From Azolla caroliniana (lineage: Eukaryota; Plantae; Polypodiophyta), in assembly GCA_043228905.1 (NCBI GenBank), contig JBHGNT010000004.1:6200001-6264000 (forward strand): DNA of 64,000 nt, in the 5' to 3' direction. Every line of letters begins with the position of its first letter. Positions within the stretch are counted from its first letter, which is position 1. This document shows positions 61,351 through 64,000 of the stretch, one piece after another. A program made the translations under genes and the position numbers. The notes under the pieces are model-generated. The model saw only the letters and a program-made list of their open reading frames with translations, was not told the DNA's origin and did no database searches.

Positions 61351-64000
61351 CTAGCTGCGGTAGGCAGTGCTGAAAATGGAGATAGAGACTTTACTACGAA
61401 GGATGTTATGAAGCTCCTTGGATGGAACACATCGTGGGGTTTTATACTGAGTCATGGCAGTACCACGTGTGAGGTATCGGTTGAGAAGATGATGGAAGGT
61501 ATCAGACTCGAGGATGCAGAGCTCCAGAGGCCCAATAGTGTGGACTTTCCGAGACCCAAAGTAGCCAGGGTCCTGGAAGGCGAGATCGATAGCATTAACG
61601 CAATTTTGGAGTCCGAGAATGGAATCTTCCACACCATGTGTGGCCAGCATGTTTCCATGTATGATGTGGTTGAGCTCCAAGAATATGACATAGTGGCCCG
61701 GGGTTGTGGTGAGGTTTGCATAGCTAGTGAAGTCTATGAGCTCAACTGAGGGGTTGTGCTCTTGGAGCTTGGCCAAGCCTTTGTCTACAGCTATTTGAAG
61801 GTCCTTCTCTGTGGTCTTGTCGATGTGGATGGTGAGCACCACGTTCTTCCGGCAAATGTACGACAACATCGGGCACTGATTGTAGAAGCCAGCTATCTGA
61901 ACTACATCACCAAGACGATATCGATACAAACCTAGAAACAGCATACATAACCATAGTCAGCTAATTAATTCCAATTCTTTGCATGGAAAATAATTTTGAA
62001 ATCATTATACAAATTTTACCTCCATAGGTGGTGATGACGACCTCATACACTTTGCCGACTTCAACGTCCCCGATCCCAACAAGCTGGCTAGCCTCGTTGC
62101 CTTGTTGATCTGTGGGTTGATTATTAAGAGGAAGAAATTCGAAGTAAGCGAATGTTGGGACAATGGTGAATGTGGTTTCGTGAGGGGTGGTTATTGGGTT
62201 GGTGTTCACGCCCACCCAAGTCTCTGTGGCTCCGTAGTCGGATGTCACCAGTCTTAGATGGCCTGCAATATGTTGTTGAAGCAAGACATGATTAATGTCA
62301 AGTGGTTAATTATCGAGTCTCCATGATTTGAGTGTCATAAATAAATAGGCGTATTGGATGGTTTGCACAACTTTATTAAGAAAGTAATTAGATTAGTGAT
62401 GTAATAAATAAACACAAAATATTGTGATCAATAGTTGTATATACGTGTGTATATACCAGCGATGTGCAAACTTCGCAGGCCTTATTAGGTTATGTATTAA
62501 AAGAAAGAATATTTATTTTCATGAACTTGCTATCTTACCTGCGTAATATTGGAGCTTCTTGAGATATGGTAACATGGATCCGGTCATGATGGACAATATA
62601 TACTTGCAATTGGGCCAGATCTGTGGTATGGCTCCACTCCAGTCATCAGCTAGCTCACCACAGATATTGGCAATATCGTCGGCTAGCTCGGGACGCGGTG
62701 CTGTGAGCACGTGATCAGCCATCGCATCTCTGAGTTCTTGCTCTCGAACAAATGCATTGAGCTTTCCTGTGCGTATGTCTTCGCAGAGGCTCCGCCATTC
62801 CTTTTGTAATGTCTTGAAGCCTTCGATGACAGTGTAGGCGAAGGTAGAGTGAATGAATTCGATGTCGTCCCTGAACACAAGTCCAGAGAGGAGGTGGCAG
62901 TACATGGCTTGCCAGTTCTCTGCCGTGCGAATCACCGCTTGTGGTGAGCATGTTCTCACGTCGGCCGATTTGTATTTGAGTTTGAATGCCTCGCTCCGGA
63001 AGAGGTGAGTGGTCGCGGTACCCAATTTCAGGCCGCCTTTCGTCACCGAGAGCTGCCCGGAAAACACTAAATCCAAGACCTTCTTTCCTGACCGGATCTG
63101 AAATGCCCTGTGATAACAATTACACATGATCAGCTAACATATTCAGAGGATATGTATGTGCTGCTAAGAAATTCTAGACCATATGGTCCCATTTGGAACC
63201 TAAAAGACTCCATTTTTCCTCAACAATGTTACTACCTTCCAATGTTAATCTAACTAATCTAGCATTGTGAGCCTCCAAGAAAATGAGGTTTAGTTTTTCT
63301 TGTGAATAAATACCTGTATTAATCTGTTACCTACCTATGCTGCACTGAAAAGTTATTAAACTAATTAGATTATGTTAATAATTACATTAATAATATTTTA
63401 TTCTATAAAATTATACTTTGTTCGGAAAGCGCCCGAGATCCTTGCGAGTTTTAATGATGCGTCAAGAATCTCTTTGTACAACAGCAAATACTTCTGCTGC
63501 CCATCTGATGTTGTCCCTGAGCTGGTGAGCCATATAAATATGCAACAGTAATTAGAATACAGATTTAGAATTAACGAGTAATTATTATTTGACAAATCAT
63601 GAATAGATTACCATTTGATGAGTTGATTATATGAGCTTCTTAGTTAACATTCAAACAAGTGATATAATGATCAATATAATGTGGATTAACATCATTGCTA
63701 AGTGTGAAATTCTTAATGATGTGAATAAAGTGAATTAACATCATCATTAAGTGTGAGATTCTCAAATTTAAATATTAATTAACTATAAGATTCTTAATGA
63801 TTAATATCACATCAATTATTTGATGAGCATAATTAAATATGAATGAATTATTAGCACCAACTATTATTATAATTATTATGATCTGATTATAAACTCAATG
63901 GTATCGAATACAATCACTATATTATACAATACAATTTAAGTTTGTACCTTAGGGATAGGGTATGGATCGGGTCGGTGGTGAGAATAGAGGAGCGATCACC
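61351..64000 (-). CDS. GH3: GH3 acyl-acid amido synthetase, group I (JAR1-like); 5' end outside window. Exons 63948->64000, 63417-63521, 62539-63107, 62020-62262, 61351-61931
   Basis: GT-AG introns join in frame: GDRSSILTTDPIHTLSLS|SGTT...K, QAMYCHLLSGL, IMTGSMLPYLKKLQYYAG, DYGATETWVG, GLYRYRLGDVV, QYKTPRCV. Confidence 0.95.

Overview
Eukaryotic plant nuclear DNA, probably from a non-seed vascular plant such as a fern (inferred from the TE clades present). About 57 kb is nested transposable elements, resolved here from LTR termini, PBS/PPT motifs and target-site duplications (TSDs). These are six Ty1/Copia copies, several Ty3/Gypsy elements and solo LTRs, RTE/RTEX-like and L1 LINEs, hAT relics and MITEs, and one unclassified TIR DNA transposon. 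The only clear host gene is a JAR1-like (group I) GH3 acyl-adenylate amido-synthetase on the minus strand at the right end. Main observations: (1) An LTR family with TGTCGT...ACGACA-like ends has seven visible insertions, all at 4-bp targets with a central CG; one young gag-only, tRNA-Trp-primed member carries a tRNA-like Pol III cassette in its LTR. (2) A non-coding LTR element has a Tf1-style self-priming site and a satellite cargo. (3) A 37-bp-TIR, 4-bp-TSD DNA transposon carries an array of ~50-bp palindromes between divergent relic ORFs. (4) A Copia family has two PPT-like motifs and a charged C-terminal pol extension. All coordinates were read by eye; no database searches were run.
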